A DNA stretch of 43,490 nucleotides, filler included, from an uncultured virus (IMG/VR IMGVR_UViG_2576861727_000003) (taxonomy: Duplodnaviria; Heunggongvirae; Uroviricota; Caudoviricetes). It is 2 parts of one record of this genome, joined end to end, with 100 filler letters (N's around TTAATTAATTAA, not from the genome) between each part and the next. Parts side by side here need not be neighbours in the genome. Positions count along the whole stretch, not along the records: positions 22,840 to 43,490 come from IMGVR_UViG_2576861727_000003; 1 more part is not named here. One strand, 5' to 3'. A model generated the notes under the pieces. It saw only the letters and a program-made list of their open reading frames with translations, was not told the origin of the DNA and did not search any database. This document shows, in pieces, positions 28,333 through 37,914 of the stretch. The stretch's first letter is position 1, and the number at the start of each line of letters is the position of its first letter. Both the position numbers and the translations under genes were made by a program.

Positions 28333-28643
28333 CGGAAAGAAAATGGCAAGTTTATCATTTGCATATAAATCGACGACAGATTGAAATATTCAATATATTT
28401 GACCACCATATGTTTGCTAAAGGCTGTGATGAAGCCTATAAGAGATTTAAACATAGCAAAGACGATTTCGCCGAGGAAGTACGACACGAGCTTATGTATT
28501 ACTTCTGGAGTAAATGTGAGTGGGAAGTTGAGGTTTGCGACCTCTGGAGAGAAAAGGGTTCTAAGATAGATGTATACCAACAAGTAATGCTGAACTGGAC
28601 GGTATTCATTGATTATCTTTGGAACTACTACAATAATAATTAA
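28329..28643 (+). CDS. Phage hypothetical protein
   Basis: ATGA overlap; YYFWSKCEWE, KIDVYQQV..NW. Confidence 0.7.
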   Translation: MTERKWQVYHLHINRRQIEIFNIFDHHMFAKGCDEAYKRFKHSKDDFAEEVRHELMYYFWSKCEWEVEVCDLWREKGSKIDVYQQVMLNWTVFIDYLWNYYNNN

Positions 28644-28654
28644 TAGGAGATATT

Positions 28655-29527
28655 ATGGACAATATAAGCTGTGAAAAGTTTTATAATTATTTAACCAATG
28701 ATAATTCTTATAACGGATTTATCGTATATGACTGTAAATCAGATGAGGAGCTGGCTGAGTTTTATCAGAGTGTAAACGATAATCCGCTTGGCTTGCTACA
28801 AAACCAGTATTGTATAGTTACTCAAAACGGAGATATTGTTGACCGAGTTGTATGGAATGGAACAACTATTGAACACGCGGGGTTTAAAAATATAAATAAT
28901 GATTATCTTGGGAAAATAAAACCCAGAAATATTCATCAGGAACTTGCGTTTAATATGCTTCAAAATGATGATATTACAATAAAGACTTTAGTGGGGGGAT
29001 TTGGCACTGGCAAGGACTTTCTAATGATTTCTAATGCTATTGATATGATACGCCATCACAAATATGATAAGATTGTCTGGGTAAGAAATAATATCGAAGT
29101 ACATAATACTAACCCTATTGGATTCCTTCCAGACGGATTAAAAGAGAAGTTAATGCCATTTGCGTTGCCTTTAGCAGACCATCTTGGCGGTGTGACTGGT
29201 TTGGAAATATTTATGAATCAAGGCAAAATAGAGATTCAGCACCTTGGATTTATTCGCGGTAGAGACATAAAGAACTCAATCATTTACTGTTCAGAAGCCG
29301 AGAATATGACTAAGGAACATATTCAGCTTTTAATTGGTCGCGTTGGAGAGGGTTCTTCTCTTTGGTTGAACGGTGATTTTAAACAGGTCGATGGAGATGT
29401 ATTCCGCTACAATAATGGACTTAATATCTTAATTGACAAGCTAAAAGGTAATAAGCACTTTGGCGTTGTAAAGCTGATTAAAACGGAGCGAAGCGAAACA
29501 GCCGCACTTGCAGATTTACTTGACTAA
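28655..29527 (+). CDS. phoH: PhoH-family ATPase
   Basis: GGFGTGKD, IGFLP, FIRGRDI, SEAEN, RVGEGS, GDFKQ, ERS. Confidence 0.92.
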   Translation: MDNISCEKFYNYLTNDNSYNGFIVYDCKSDEELAEFYQSVNDNPLGLLQNQYCIVTQNGDIVDRVVWNGTTIEHAGFKNINNDYLGKIKPRNIHQELAFNMLQNDDITIKTLVGGFGTGKDFLMISNAIDMIRHHKYDKIVWVRNNIEVHNTNPIGFLPDGLKEKLMPFALPLADHLGGVTGLEIFMNQGKIEIQHLGFIRGRDIKNSIIYCSEAENMTKEHIQLLIGRVGEGSSLWLNGDFKQVDGDVFRYNNGLNILIDKLKGNKHFGVVKLIKTERSETAALADLLD

Positions 29528-29539
29528 AGGAGAGATTAT

Positions 29540-29773
29540 ATGTTTTATTCATATTGCCCCAATTGTAAAACGGGGTTTGAAATCCACGTTCGTCTCGCCG
29601 CTATGAAATGCGATAGTGAAATAGGAGTTCCGATTTATTATTCACCTTGCAAATCCTGTGGTTACGCCAATAGAGGTTATATGTTGAAATTATCGGGTGG
29701 TGTATCAGAGAATAAATTGTACAAGCGTTATATCAACAAACATAAAAATGATGAAAAGAGGATAGGAGAATGA
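29540..29773 (+). CDS. Small zinc-finger protein
   Basis: CPNC...CKSCG; RBS AAGGAG. Confidence 0.65.
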   Translation: MFYSYCPNCKTGFEIHVRLAAMKCDSEIGVPIYYSPCKSCGYANRGYMLKLSGGVSENKLYKRYINKHKNDEKRIGE

Positions 29774-30090
29774 AAGATTATTTTGGCAACGATATAAATA
29801 TTGGCGACGTTATACTTTATAGTATGCGTGGAACACATGGCTATCATGCAAGTTTTACTGAAAGCGTAGTTACCGACTTCGCAACACCCAGCAAGGTTTG
29901 CGTCACTGGTAAGTACGGTAGACTCAATGGTGACGCTAGGCTTGCTAAAAACGTAATAAATCTTACCGCACTCGGCATCAGAGAGAAAAATAAAGTCAGC
30001 GAAAAGAGTCCGCTTGGAAATATCGGCGGATTCATGATAGAACAAACTCGCGGATATGGTGCGTATGAAGAAGCGACGGAGGGAACTTAA
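29770..30090 (+). CDS. Hypothetical protein, paralog of 26785-27024
   Basis: KDYFGNDINIGD...LTALGI. Confidence 0.65.
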   Translation: MKDYFGNDINIGDVILYSMRGTHGYHASFTESVVTDFATPSKVCVTGKYGRLNGDARLAKNVINLTALGIREKNKVSEKSPLGNIGGFMIEQTRGYGAYEEATEGT

Positions 30091-30265
30091 TGAGGCAATA
30101 TCATTCAATTTGCTATTTTCTCGCATTAATAGGAAGTGCATACTTTCTTATTCGCGGGGTAGATAGCAAAGCGATTTATTTTCTTCTTATGGCTATGTGG
30201 CTTAGTTCATATGAAGTTGAAGATGATGACGACGGAGATTGTGATTAATTTTAAACGAGGATAAA

Positions 30266-30517
30266 ATGATTAAACATAGAGATGAATGTATAGGATGTCA
30301 TTCAGAAATAGGATGTGTAGGAAGTACTTGTTTACATAGAAATGTCCCATATACAGTTTGCGACCACTGTGGTGAAGAAGCAGTGGTCTATTCTTTTTCT
30401 GAGGAAGATGTTCAATTATGTGAAAAATGTATGGAATTGGAACTTGATGCCGAGTGGAAACAGCTATCTTTTAATGATAAGTGTAATTATTTTGGAGTAA
30501 AGGAGATTGATATATGA
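30266..30517 (+). CDS. Cys-rich hypothetical protein
   Basis: CIGC...C...C...CDHCG...CEKC. Confidence 0.7.
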   Translation: MIKHRDECIGCHSEIGCVGSTCLHRNVPYTVCDHCGEEAVVYSFSEEDVQLCEKCMELELDAEWKQLSFNDKCNYFGVKEIDI

Positions 30518-31047
30518 AGCCTATAATCTTAATCGTAGGAGCATCCGCAAGTGGAAAAACAACCTTCGCTGAAGAATTAGAATCTCAGTGCAACCTCAAA
30601 GCAATTCCGAGTTACTGTACACGAGCGCCAAGATATGACGGAGAAAAAGGTCATACATTTATTACAGACGAAGAATTTAATCGGCTTGAAGATATCCTTG
30701 CATATGCCGAAACTACTGGAAGCAGGTATGCAGTTACTAAAGAAATGTTTGAAAACGAACAGTACTCTGTATATGTTATTGATAACAGCGGTATCAAGTA
30801 TCTTAAAGAACATTATAAAGGCGATAGACCTTGGTTTGTAGCTTACATAACAACACCATTAATGCAAAGATTTAACCGTATGATGGAACGTCAGGGAGAT
30901 TTAGAGTTTGCGGTTTCACGTATTGAACATGACGCTATAGAATTCCGAGATGTTGATTATGATATTCAGATTGAGAACGCTGACGGCAAGTACAGCGAAG
31001 CGTTTACGGCTCTGTATATGTTCTGCAAGCAGATAGGGGTGACTTAA
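30514..31047 (+). CDS. gmk: Guanylate kinase-like nucleoside monophosphate kinase
   Basis: GASASGKTT, SYCTRAPR..GE..HTFIT.EEF. Confidence 0.88.
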   Translation: MKPIILIVGASASGKTTFAEELESQCNLKAIPSYCTRAPRYDGEKGHTFITDEEFNRLEDILAYAETTGSRYAVTKEMFENEQYSVYVIDNSGIKYLKEHYKGDRPWFVAYITTPLMQRFNRMMERQGDLEFAVSRIEHDAIEFRDVDYDIQIENADGKYSEAFTALYMFCKQIGVT

Positions 31048-31049
31048 AA

Positions 31050-31415
31050 TTGGATTCGATTAAGATTGATAACGGATTAAAAACTGAAACTGGCAGATAC
31101 AAACCTATCAAGATGGTACTTGTGGGTGATGGGAGTTTTGCCACAGAGCTAGAATCAGCCTGTGAAAAACTTGCTAACAGAGTAAAAGCTGTCACATCCG
31201 AAAAGCCTGTTTTTGTTAGATGGAATAAAAGAACTGGTACTTATGAACTCATGGATAATTCGTTTATTCCAGATGATGCGCCGATAATAGGTTCACGCGA
31301 CCCTAAAACTATAATTTTGATGAACTGGGCAGAAGAGGCGAGAGCCACAGAGAGAATAAAGGATTTCGAAGATTGGCTTATGGAACAGGATTTGTTTAAA
31401 GACTCTGATGAATAA
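31050..31415 (+). CDS. Phage hypothetical protein
   Basis: RBS GGGGTG, TTG start. Confidence 0.65.
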   Translation: MDSIKIDNGLKTETGRYKPIKMVLVGDGSFATELESACEKLANRVKAVTSEKPVFVRWNKRTGTYELMDNSFIPDDAPIIGSRDPKTIILMNWAEEARATERIKDFEDWLMEQDLFKDSDE

Positions 31416-31416
31416 A

Positions 31417-31473
31417 ACACAATATATTGCACATTAAGTGCTTTATCAGCCCATAACAAACAATATATTGACT
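31417..31473. promoter_or_regulatory. Tandem NrdR-box-like operators
   Basis: ACACAATATATTGCAC (31417-32) and AAACAATATATTGACT (31458-73), palindromic core CAATATATTG, 41 bp apart; compare acaCwAtATaTwGtgt. Confidence 0.7.
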
Positions 31474-31484
31474 ATTAAAAGGAG

Positions 31485-32225
31485 ATGATGTTAATGTACA
31501 ACTATAAGAAGTACGTAATATGTGCGGCGGTTGCTATAATAATGGGTGTGGTAGCCGCCATTTCTTGTACTCATAAAAATTATCAAGTGTCATTAAAAGA
31601 AGAGCCCGATAGCAGTTATATTGATTATATTATAACAGATAATGAGGATTCAGAGACTACTACTGAAGACGAAGATGTAGTAACCGAAAGTATATGCGAA
31701 AGCATAGAAGATGAAAGCAATACCGAAGATATATCGAGCGATAGTTTAGTGACGAGCGACTCGATAATTGATAATTTTGGAGTAATGTCTGTTACGGAAG
31801 AGTACGAGCCGATAATAATTGAAGCTCCAATTGAACCTAAAGTATCAACTACTCAAGCCGAACAAATCCCAAAGGAATTAGAAAAAACCGTAGAATCTAC
31901 ACCAATATTAGTAGAAGAAACTCCTACAGAAGTGGCTTGTGTCGCAGATTATACTCCATATGAATTATATAACATGGGTAGACTATACTGGGGCGACTAC
32001 CAGTATACATGGTATTCTGAACGTGTTCTGCCTGGTTATGGTCTAGCTATAGATGGTAGACACACTGATGCGGACGGTTTTGTTTGCGACGGTGACGGAT
32101 ATATTTGTGTGGCAGCTAGTTCGTTAAGCAAAGGCACCGTAGTCGATACACCATTTGGTAGACAAGGGAAGGTATATGATAGCGGATGTGCGTGGGGGAC
32201 GATAGATGTTTATGTGAATTGGTAA
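31485..32225 (+). CDS. Exported/membrane-anchored protein with acidic linker and C-terminal 3D-like (MltA-related) domain
   Basis: N-terminal hydrophobic helix; ICVAA...GTVVDTPFG..GKVYDSGC...TIDVYV. Confidence 0.65.
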   Translation: MMLMYNYKKYVICAAVAIIMGVVAAISCTHKNYQVSLKEEPDSSYIDYIITDNEDSETTTEDEDVVTESICESIEDESNTEDISSDSLVTSDSIIDNFGVMSVTEEYEPIIIEAPIEPKVSTTQAEQIPKELEKTVESTPILVEETPTEVACVADYTPYELYNMGRLYWGDYQYTWYSERVLPGYGLAIDGRHTDADGFVCDGDGYICVAASSLSKGTVVDTPFGRQGKVYDSGCAWGTIDVYVNW

Positions 32226-32237
32226 AGGAGGAACAAA

Positions 32238-32903
32238 ATGACCATTGGAGTGGATATCGACAACGTACTAAATTCATTATGTGAGTCAGTATTGGAAGTA
32301 TATAACAGTGATAGCGGCGACAATGTTCAGTTTAATGAGATTCTTAATTATGGTATTGAACAATACATTAAGCCAGCATGGAGAACTAAATTTTGGGAAT
32401 ATTTTGGAGACGAGAGGGTTTGGGACAGGATTGTGTGGCGAGTTGATTGGGTGGTCAAATTAATCGAAGCGGGAGAACATGATATATATTTTGTTACAGC
32501 AACCCACCCAGAATACGCGGGCAACAAGTTCAATCAACTACTTAAAGCTTTAATATCGGTTAGCACAAAATCAAACAAAGAAATGAAAGATTATCTAAAA
32601 TCACATTTCGTGTTACTTGAAAATAAACATTTGTTTAAAGCCGATATAATAATTGATGATTACATAGAAAATTTGCACTTGGAAAAAGAAGACGTTTATA
32701 ACATCTTAGTATCGAAGCCATGGAATATAAAGTGGGCAAATCGTTATAATGCGACGTATTTAGAAAGACAACGTATAATTATATGCGATGATACGGGTGA
32801 TATTCCTAAAATCATCGAAGCCATTAGGAATAATAAGAAAAGTTGTGAACTAAAAACTAAGAGGAAGGAACTGTGGACAAGGAAATGGGGAAATATTACA
32901 TAG
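32238..32903 (+). CDS. 5'(3')-deoxyribonucleotidase, HAD/NT5C family
   Basis: IGVDIDNVL, IYFVTA, NK, IIIDD, KPWN. Confidence 0.85.
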   Translation: MTIGVDIDNVLNSLCESVLEVYNSDSGDNVQFNEILNYGIEQYIKPAWRTKFWEYFGDERVWDRIVWRVDWVVKLIEAGEHDIYFVTATHPEYAGNKFNQLLKALISVSTKSNKEMKDYLKSHFVLLENKHLFKADIIIDDYIENLHLEKEDVYNILVSKPWNIKWANRYNATYLERQRIIICDDTGDIPKIIEAIRNNKKSCELKTKRKELWTRKWGNIT

Positions 32904-33127
32904 TGAATATATCGGCGCCGAGGTTTTTGACATCTGAAACCGAATTGGTTATGGGAGCAAAAGGACTACTTGATTTGATAAGAGTTCTTATTAAATACTC
33001 AAAAAAATATTGCGAGTTTAAGATACGGGTAAATGAATGATTATGATGAAAGAAATAATTGGTGCCGCCGCTGGTATTGGGATTTGCGCAATTCTGGCGG
33101 CGATTGATTTAATAAAAGACAAGAAGG

Positions 33128-36100
33128 GTGATGGCAATGATAAATAGTGTCTGTAAATGTGATGGTTCAATCACCGAGTTTGATGATAAGAAGATTTATG
33201 CGGCGATCTCGTATGCTTATTCGGATGTATACGGAGAGTTGTCTGAGGAAAAAGAGGAAGAAATTGAGCAAATAACAGACGATGTTGTTGATACAATTAA
33301 TTTCTTTAATGATACTATTCATGTTGAAACTATACAGGATATTATTGAGAATAGGCTAATGGAAAGCAGTAGAAAGGATGTCGCCAGAGCATTCATTCTA
33401 TATCGTAATGAGAGAACAAGAGTGAGAGAAAGAAACAGTCGGATTATTCAGGCTGTAATGAATAGAGCAAATCCCAACACTCGAAACGACAGGTCAAATG
33501 CAAATGTTAATGAACGGTCTTTTTCTGGCAGAGAGAAAGAGGCTTCTGCAACGATAGGAAAGATGATTGCTTTAGATTACGGCGGTTTATCAGAAGAAGT
33601 TGCAAAAGCCCACAAGGATATGTTGGTGTATCAGCACGACCTCGAAAAAGCCATTTATGGTGTACATAACTGCCTAAACTTAAACTTTCAAGAAATCTTT
33701 ACTCATGGGTTCAAGACAAGAAACGGAGATGTTAGACCGCCTACATCATTTAGTACAGCCTGTCAGTTATACGCCGTAGCTTTTCAGTGTCAAAGTCAAG
33801 TTCAGTTCGGCGGGGTAGGAAGTATCCACACTGATATTGATTTAGCGCCTTTTGTTAAACTTAGTTTCTATAAGCATTATGCAGACGGATGTAAATATAT
33901 AGGTCATTTAGATAAAGACAATATTGATAAGAAAATTTCATACGCAAAACAGCATTCACTTTCTATAGAAGACGATTATTTCAAACAGGATAATGAGATA
34001 TATATTTATGCTATTGATATGCTTAATAAAGAAGGATTGCAGTCTGCACAAGGTTTATATCATAACTTGAACACACTTGAATCCAGACAGGGTTCTCAGG
34101 TTCCATTTACCTCAATTAATTTTGGCAGAGATAAAAGCGCCGAAGGCAGAAAAGTCAGCGAATGGTTGATGGCGGCAAGCCTTGATGGTATTGGAAAGCA
34201 TCATTTAACGAGTATATTTCCTATTGGCATCTTCCAATATAAAGAGGGTTGTAACGCCAATCCTGGAGATAAAAACTATGACCTTAAACAACTAGCTCTT
34301 AAATCCATGAGTAAACGTATTTATCCTAACTGGTGCAATTGCAACTACTCACAGGCTCACGAAGATGAAAATAACCCCGATACATATTTTGCAACTATGG
34401 GAGCATTAGCGGGGCATGAGCACTTGTATATTAAAAAAGGAAATGGTACACCTATTGATATGTCTATTAAGGAGTTCTTTGAAACCATAAAAACCAAAGA
34501 GGATATTAAAGGACGAGCTATGCAATTGTATTACAACAAATCGCCATTAGATATTCCTACCGATATAAATTGGAGACACAAACAGATCAAATCAAATTCT
34601 GGAATAAAAGCTCTATCAGGTGTATATAAAATCACTTATATCCCACAAGACGTATCTTACATAGGCTCATCAAAAAATATTCAACAAAGAGTTCGTGACC
34701 ATAAAAAAGACATTCGTCATACAGGCGGACTTGATTGTGGTTTATTCTTTGGCGATGCTAATATAGATAATTACTCTTTTGAAGTGATTGAGTATACGGA
34801 CGATTATAAAGATGCGGAGAAAAAGTATATCCAACTCATTCCCAACGCTAATTACAAGGGAACATCATCAAAATTTTATAAGAACGTCGGCATCACAAAA
34901 GGTAGAGGCAGCGATACTCGTCCTAATATTGTAATGAATCCCAATATTCCCCAAGAGTATATCTCGTTAGAGGATTTTGATTACAAGGTATTAGATAGGA
35001 ATAATCAGTGGGTAAAAATTAAACATATCTTCAAAAACGATAAAATGAACACTCCTTTAATGATGCACATTACTTACCGTGAAAATGATAAAGTTTATAC
35101 TTTGTGTTGTACAGAAGACCATCCGTTGTGGAACGGTGAACGTTTTGTGCGAGCTGATAATTTTAAGGTTGGTGATTATCTGTATAGGGCTGATGAATTA
35201 GCTCTTGAAGTTGTAGAGATTAAATACCACACCGATAGGGTTGATAGTTATGATATCGGCACTGAAACAGGTAGTTTCATTGGTAGCGATATTATAATGC
35301 ACAATTGTCGTACAATGGTAGGGTATGATAGAAACGGTCTTGGATACATAAGACAAGGTAGAGGCAATAATGTCCCCAATACAATTATTCTTCCTAATCT
35401 TGGTATTAGGTATGGAATATGTTTGGGTGATAGAACAGAGCCCGACCTTGATGGTTTCTGGAATGCTTTTGAAGACACATTAAAACTTACCGAGAAGGGA
35501 TTACTTGAGAGATTTGCCATTATGGTACAGCAGAAGCCAACGGCAGCTCCCTTTATGTATCAGAATAATACAATACAAGACGCAAGAAAGTGTAAAGATA
35601 ACGTTTATGAATCGTTAAAACACAATACGCTTGCTATTGGATACATCGGCATAGCTGAGATGTGTCAGGCATTATTTGGAGAAAATCATGTACATAGTAA
35701 AAGAGCTCACGATTTTGCCTTGTCTGTTGTTAAGAGAATATATGATTATGCAATAGAAGCATCTGAAAGAAATGGATTGAATTTTTCATGCTACGCGACT
35801 CCCGCCGAATCCCTTTGTCGTACTGCTTTAGTAAGTCTTAGGGAACAGTACGGAATCATAGATGGCGTAACTTCTCATGAATATTTAACGAATTCACACC
35901 ATGTTCCAGTATGGGAAAAAGTAAGTATATTTGAAAAACTTGAATGTGAAGCACCGTTCTGTAAATATCCTACTGGTGGTAACATTACATATGTTGAACT
36001 CGATAGCACGTTTGTAAAGAACACTAAGGCAGTTGAGTCCATTATAGATTATGCATTTAAAGTGTTGGATATTCCATATTTAGCATTTAATTTCCCAATA

Positions 36101-36277
36101 GATAATTGTTTAGACTGTGGTTATCAAGGAGAATTTAACGACTGTTGCCCTGAATGCGGAAGCAAAAACATTCAACAGTTAAGACGAGTAACAGGATATC
36201 TGACAACTGATTGGCATAACTTCAACGATGGTAAGCAGTCAGAAGTACAGGAGAGAGTAAAACATGAGATATGCTAA
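33128..36277 (+). CDS. nrdD: Anaerobic (class III) ribonucleoside-triphosphate reductase with ATP-cone, containing an intein
   Basis: ATP-cone N-terminus, QVPFTSINFG, ATMG|CRT, YATPAESLC, YLTNSHH, CxxC..CxxC, RRVTGYL glycyl-radical motif. Confidence 0.96.
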   Translation: MMAMINSVCKCDGSITEFDDKKIYAAISYAYSDVYGELSEEKEEEIEQITDDVVDTINFFNDTIHVETIQDIIENRLMESSRKDVARAFILYRNERTRVRERNSRIIQAVMNRANPNTRNDRSNANVNERSFSGREKEASATIGKMIALDYGGLSEEVAKAHKDMLVYQHDLEKAIYGVHNCLNLNFQEIFTHGFKTRNGDVRPPTSFSTACQLYAVAFQCQSQVQFGGVGSIHTDIDLAPFVKLSFYKHYADGCKYIGHLDKDNIDKKISYAKQHSLSIEDDYFKQDNEIYIYAIDMLNKEGLQSAQGLYHNLNTLESRQGSQVPFTSINFGRDKSAEGRKVSEWLMAASLDGIGKHHLTSIFPIGIFQYKEGCNANPGDKNYDLKQLALKSMSKRIYPNWCNCNYSQAHEDENNPDTYFATMGALAGHEHLYIKKGNGTPIDMSIKEFFETIKTKEDIKGRAMQLYYNKSPLDIPTDINWRHKQIKSNSGIKALSGVYKITYIPQDVSYIGSSKNIQQRVRDHKKDIRHTGGLDCGLFFGDANIDNYSFEVIEYTDDYKDAEKKYIQLIPNANYKGTSSKFYKNVGITKGRGSDTRPNIVMNPNIPQEYISLEDFDYKVLDRNNQWVKIKHIFKNDKMNTPLMMHITYRENDKVYTLCCTEDHPLWNGERFVRADNFKVGDYLYRADELALEVVEIKYHTDRVDSYDIGTETGSFIGSDIIMHNCRTMVGYDRNGLGYIRQGRGNNVPNTIILPNLGIRYGICLGDRTEPDLDGFWNAFEDTLKLTEKGLLERFAIMVQQKPTAAPFMYQNNTIQDARKCKDNVYESLKHNTLAIGYIGIAEMCQALFGENHVHSKRAHDFALSVVKRIYDYAIEASERNGLNFSCYATPAESLCRTALVSLREQYGIIDGVTSHEYLTNSHHVPVWEKVSIFEKLECEAPFCKYPTGGNITYVELDSTFVKNTKAVESIIDYAFKVLDIPYLAFNFPIDNCLDCGYQGEFNDCCPECGSKNIQQLRRVTGYLTTDWHNFNDGKQSEVQERVKHEIC
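34403..35305 (+). mobile_element. Intein (301 aa) in nrdD; Ala at position 1; contains a GIY-YIG domain
   Basis: Interrupts ATMG/CRT; block A ALAGHEHLYI, block B CTEDHPLW, blocks F/G SYDIGTETGSFIGSDIIMHN followed by Cys+1. Confidence 0.92.
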
Positions 36278-36830
36278 TATAGATAATTGTGAGATAGTTA
36301 ACGGTGAAGACATTGGCGCAACCCTGTATGTGCAGGGTTGTCACCGCCATTGTAAAAACTGTTTTAATCCCGAAACATGGGATTTTAATGGCGGCAAAGA
36401 ATGGAACGATGAAGTAAAAAATCAGTTCCTTGCACTGATTGATAGACCATATATAAAGAGAGTAACTATTTTGGGCGGAGAACCTTTAGCTTACGAAAAT
36501 CTCCCAGAGGTATATGACCTTGTAAAGACAATCAAAGAAAAATTTCCTGACAAAAAGATATGGCTCTACACAGGATATGAATTAAGTTGTGGTATTAATG
36601 AACGTGGAGATTTAGTTGGTGATTTTGCCAACGCTGATATTGGATGGGATAATGGTCTTTTAAGTAATCATATAGTCAGGGCTTGTGATGTTGTAGTCGA
36701 TGGTGATTTTAGAGACGAACTCAAAGATTATACTTTACAATTTCGTGGCAGCTCTAATCAGCGGCTTATTGATGTGCAAAAAACCATATCACAAGGACAA
36801 ATAGTTCTGTGGGGTGAACATAATGACTAA
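36264..36830 (+). CDS. nrdG: Anaerobic RNR activating enzyme (radical SAM)
   Basis: GC.RHCKNCFNPETWDF, LGGEPL, IWLYTGY, FRGSSNQR. Confidence 0.95.
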   Translation: MRYANIDNCEIVNGEDIGATLYVQGCHRHCKNCFNPETWDFNGGKEWNDEVKNQFLALIDRPYIKRVTILGGEPLAYENLPEVYDLVKTIKEKFPDKKIWLYTGYELSCGINERGDLVGDFANADIGWDNGLLSNHIVRACDVVVDGDFRDELKDYTLQFRGSSNQRLIDVQKTISQGQIVLWGEHND

Positions 36831-37035
36831 TCGTGAACGATATATATTAAAGAAAAATTCATACGATATGATGGTTACGATATCAAAAATTGTTTGCCCA
36901 ATATGGGCTATCACGGGGAAAGAACCAAAAGAATGGAATATTTGTCCGCACGCCGCCAATAATTGGTACGAGTGGAAAGACGGTGTATGTGAACCATGCA
37001 TACAAAAGTTTCTTAACAATGAAAGTGAGGATTAA
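36823..37035 (+). CDS. Small Cys-containing hypothetical protein
   Basis: RBS GGGGTG; MTNRE... C-terminal CEPCIQKFLN. Confidence 0.6.
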   Translation: MTNRERYILKKNSYDMMVTISKIVCPIWAITGKEPKEWNICPHAANNWYEWKDGVCEPCIQKFLNNESED

Positions 37036-37172
37036 ATAATGATACCAGTAGAATTAAAAGAAATGATTAATGAAATAACTGCTATTACTCTTGAGTATAA
37101 TGCGGGTCTCGATATATACTTTTCAAACGGAAATATTAAGATTAGTATATACTCAAAAGGATAATAACGCGA

Positions 37173-37358
37173 ATGATTAAAGCGCCGAAAAATGAAATCA
37201 TATGGGTCAACCTGATTTCCGACGGAGTGGTAACTCACGTTATCACTTCGACGGTACTCAGAGATATATATTACTTATACAAGGTTGAAGATGGTAAGTT
37301 GAAAAAGACACGCTACAAATCAGAAGACCCGACGGAATTAGAAAGGAAAGCAAAATGA
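37173..37358 (+). CDS. Small hypothetical protein
   Basis: RBS AAGGA; ATGA overlap with next gene. Confidence 0.6.
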   Translation: MIKAPKNEIIWVNLISDGVVTHVITSTVLRDIYYLYKVEDGKLKKTRYKSEDPTELERKAK

Positions 37359-37900
37359 AGTTTTATATAAGTGACCTACACATCGGTCATAAGAACGCCA
37401 TCGGTTTTGACGAACGACCGTTCTGGAATGTTGAAGAACAGAACGAGGAAATAATAAAGCGTTGGAATGAAGTCGTTACAAAAAATGATGACGTATATAT
37501 CCTTGGTGATTTTGCGTGGAAGAATGACATGGGACTTGAGGTAATACGTCAGCTTAAAGGGCGAAAATATTTGATTTGTGGAAATCATGATAAATTAAAT
37601 GCTGAACTATACAAACAGTTTGAGTGGGTTAAAGATTATGCCGAAATCAAGGATGATGGCGAAAACCTTGTGCTGTGTCATTATCCTATAGCACATTGGA
37701 AGAACGCTGATTATGGTACAATACTTCTTTATGGTCATATACACGGAGAAACTGGAAGAGATAATAGACCATTTGCGGAATACAAAGAAGCCATGAAAAA
37801 CCGCGGGATTCCATATCGGTGTTATAATGTCGGTTGTATGCTTCCTTATATGAACTATCAACCCCGCACACTCAAATACATTCTAGAAAATGCTATATAA
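37355..37900 (+). CDS. Calcineurin-like metallophosphoesterase (phage type)
   Basis: SDLHIGH, LGDF, GNHD, LCHYP, YGHIH, NVG. Confidence 0.9.
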   Translation: MKFYISDLHIGHKNAIGFDERPFWNVEEQNEEIIKRWNEVVTKNDDVYILGDFAWKNDMGLEVIRQLKGRKYLICGNHDKLNAELYKQFEWVKDYAEIKDDGENLVLCHYPIAHWKNADYGTILLYGHIHGETGRDNRPFAEYKEAMKNRGIPYRCYNVGCMLPYMNYQPRTLKYILENAI

Positions 37901-37914
37901 AGGAAGTGATAAAA

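Noticed and set aside
34403..35305. Class 3 intein assignment
   Set aside because: Block F has Asp rather than Cys and block G lacks Thr, so the WCT triplet is incomplete
37411..37424. SOS-box-like CGAACGACCGTTCT
   Set aside because: Inside a coding region, spacer deviates from RNRY, no adjacent promoter
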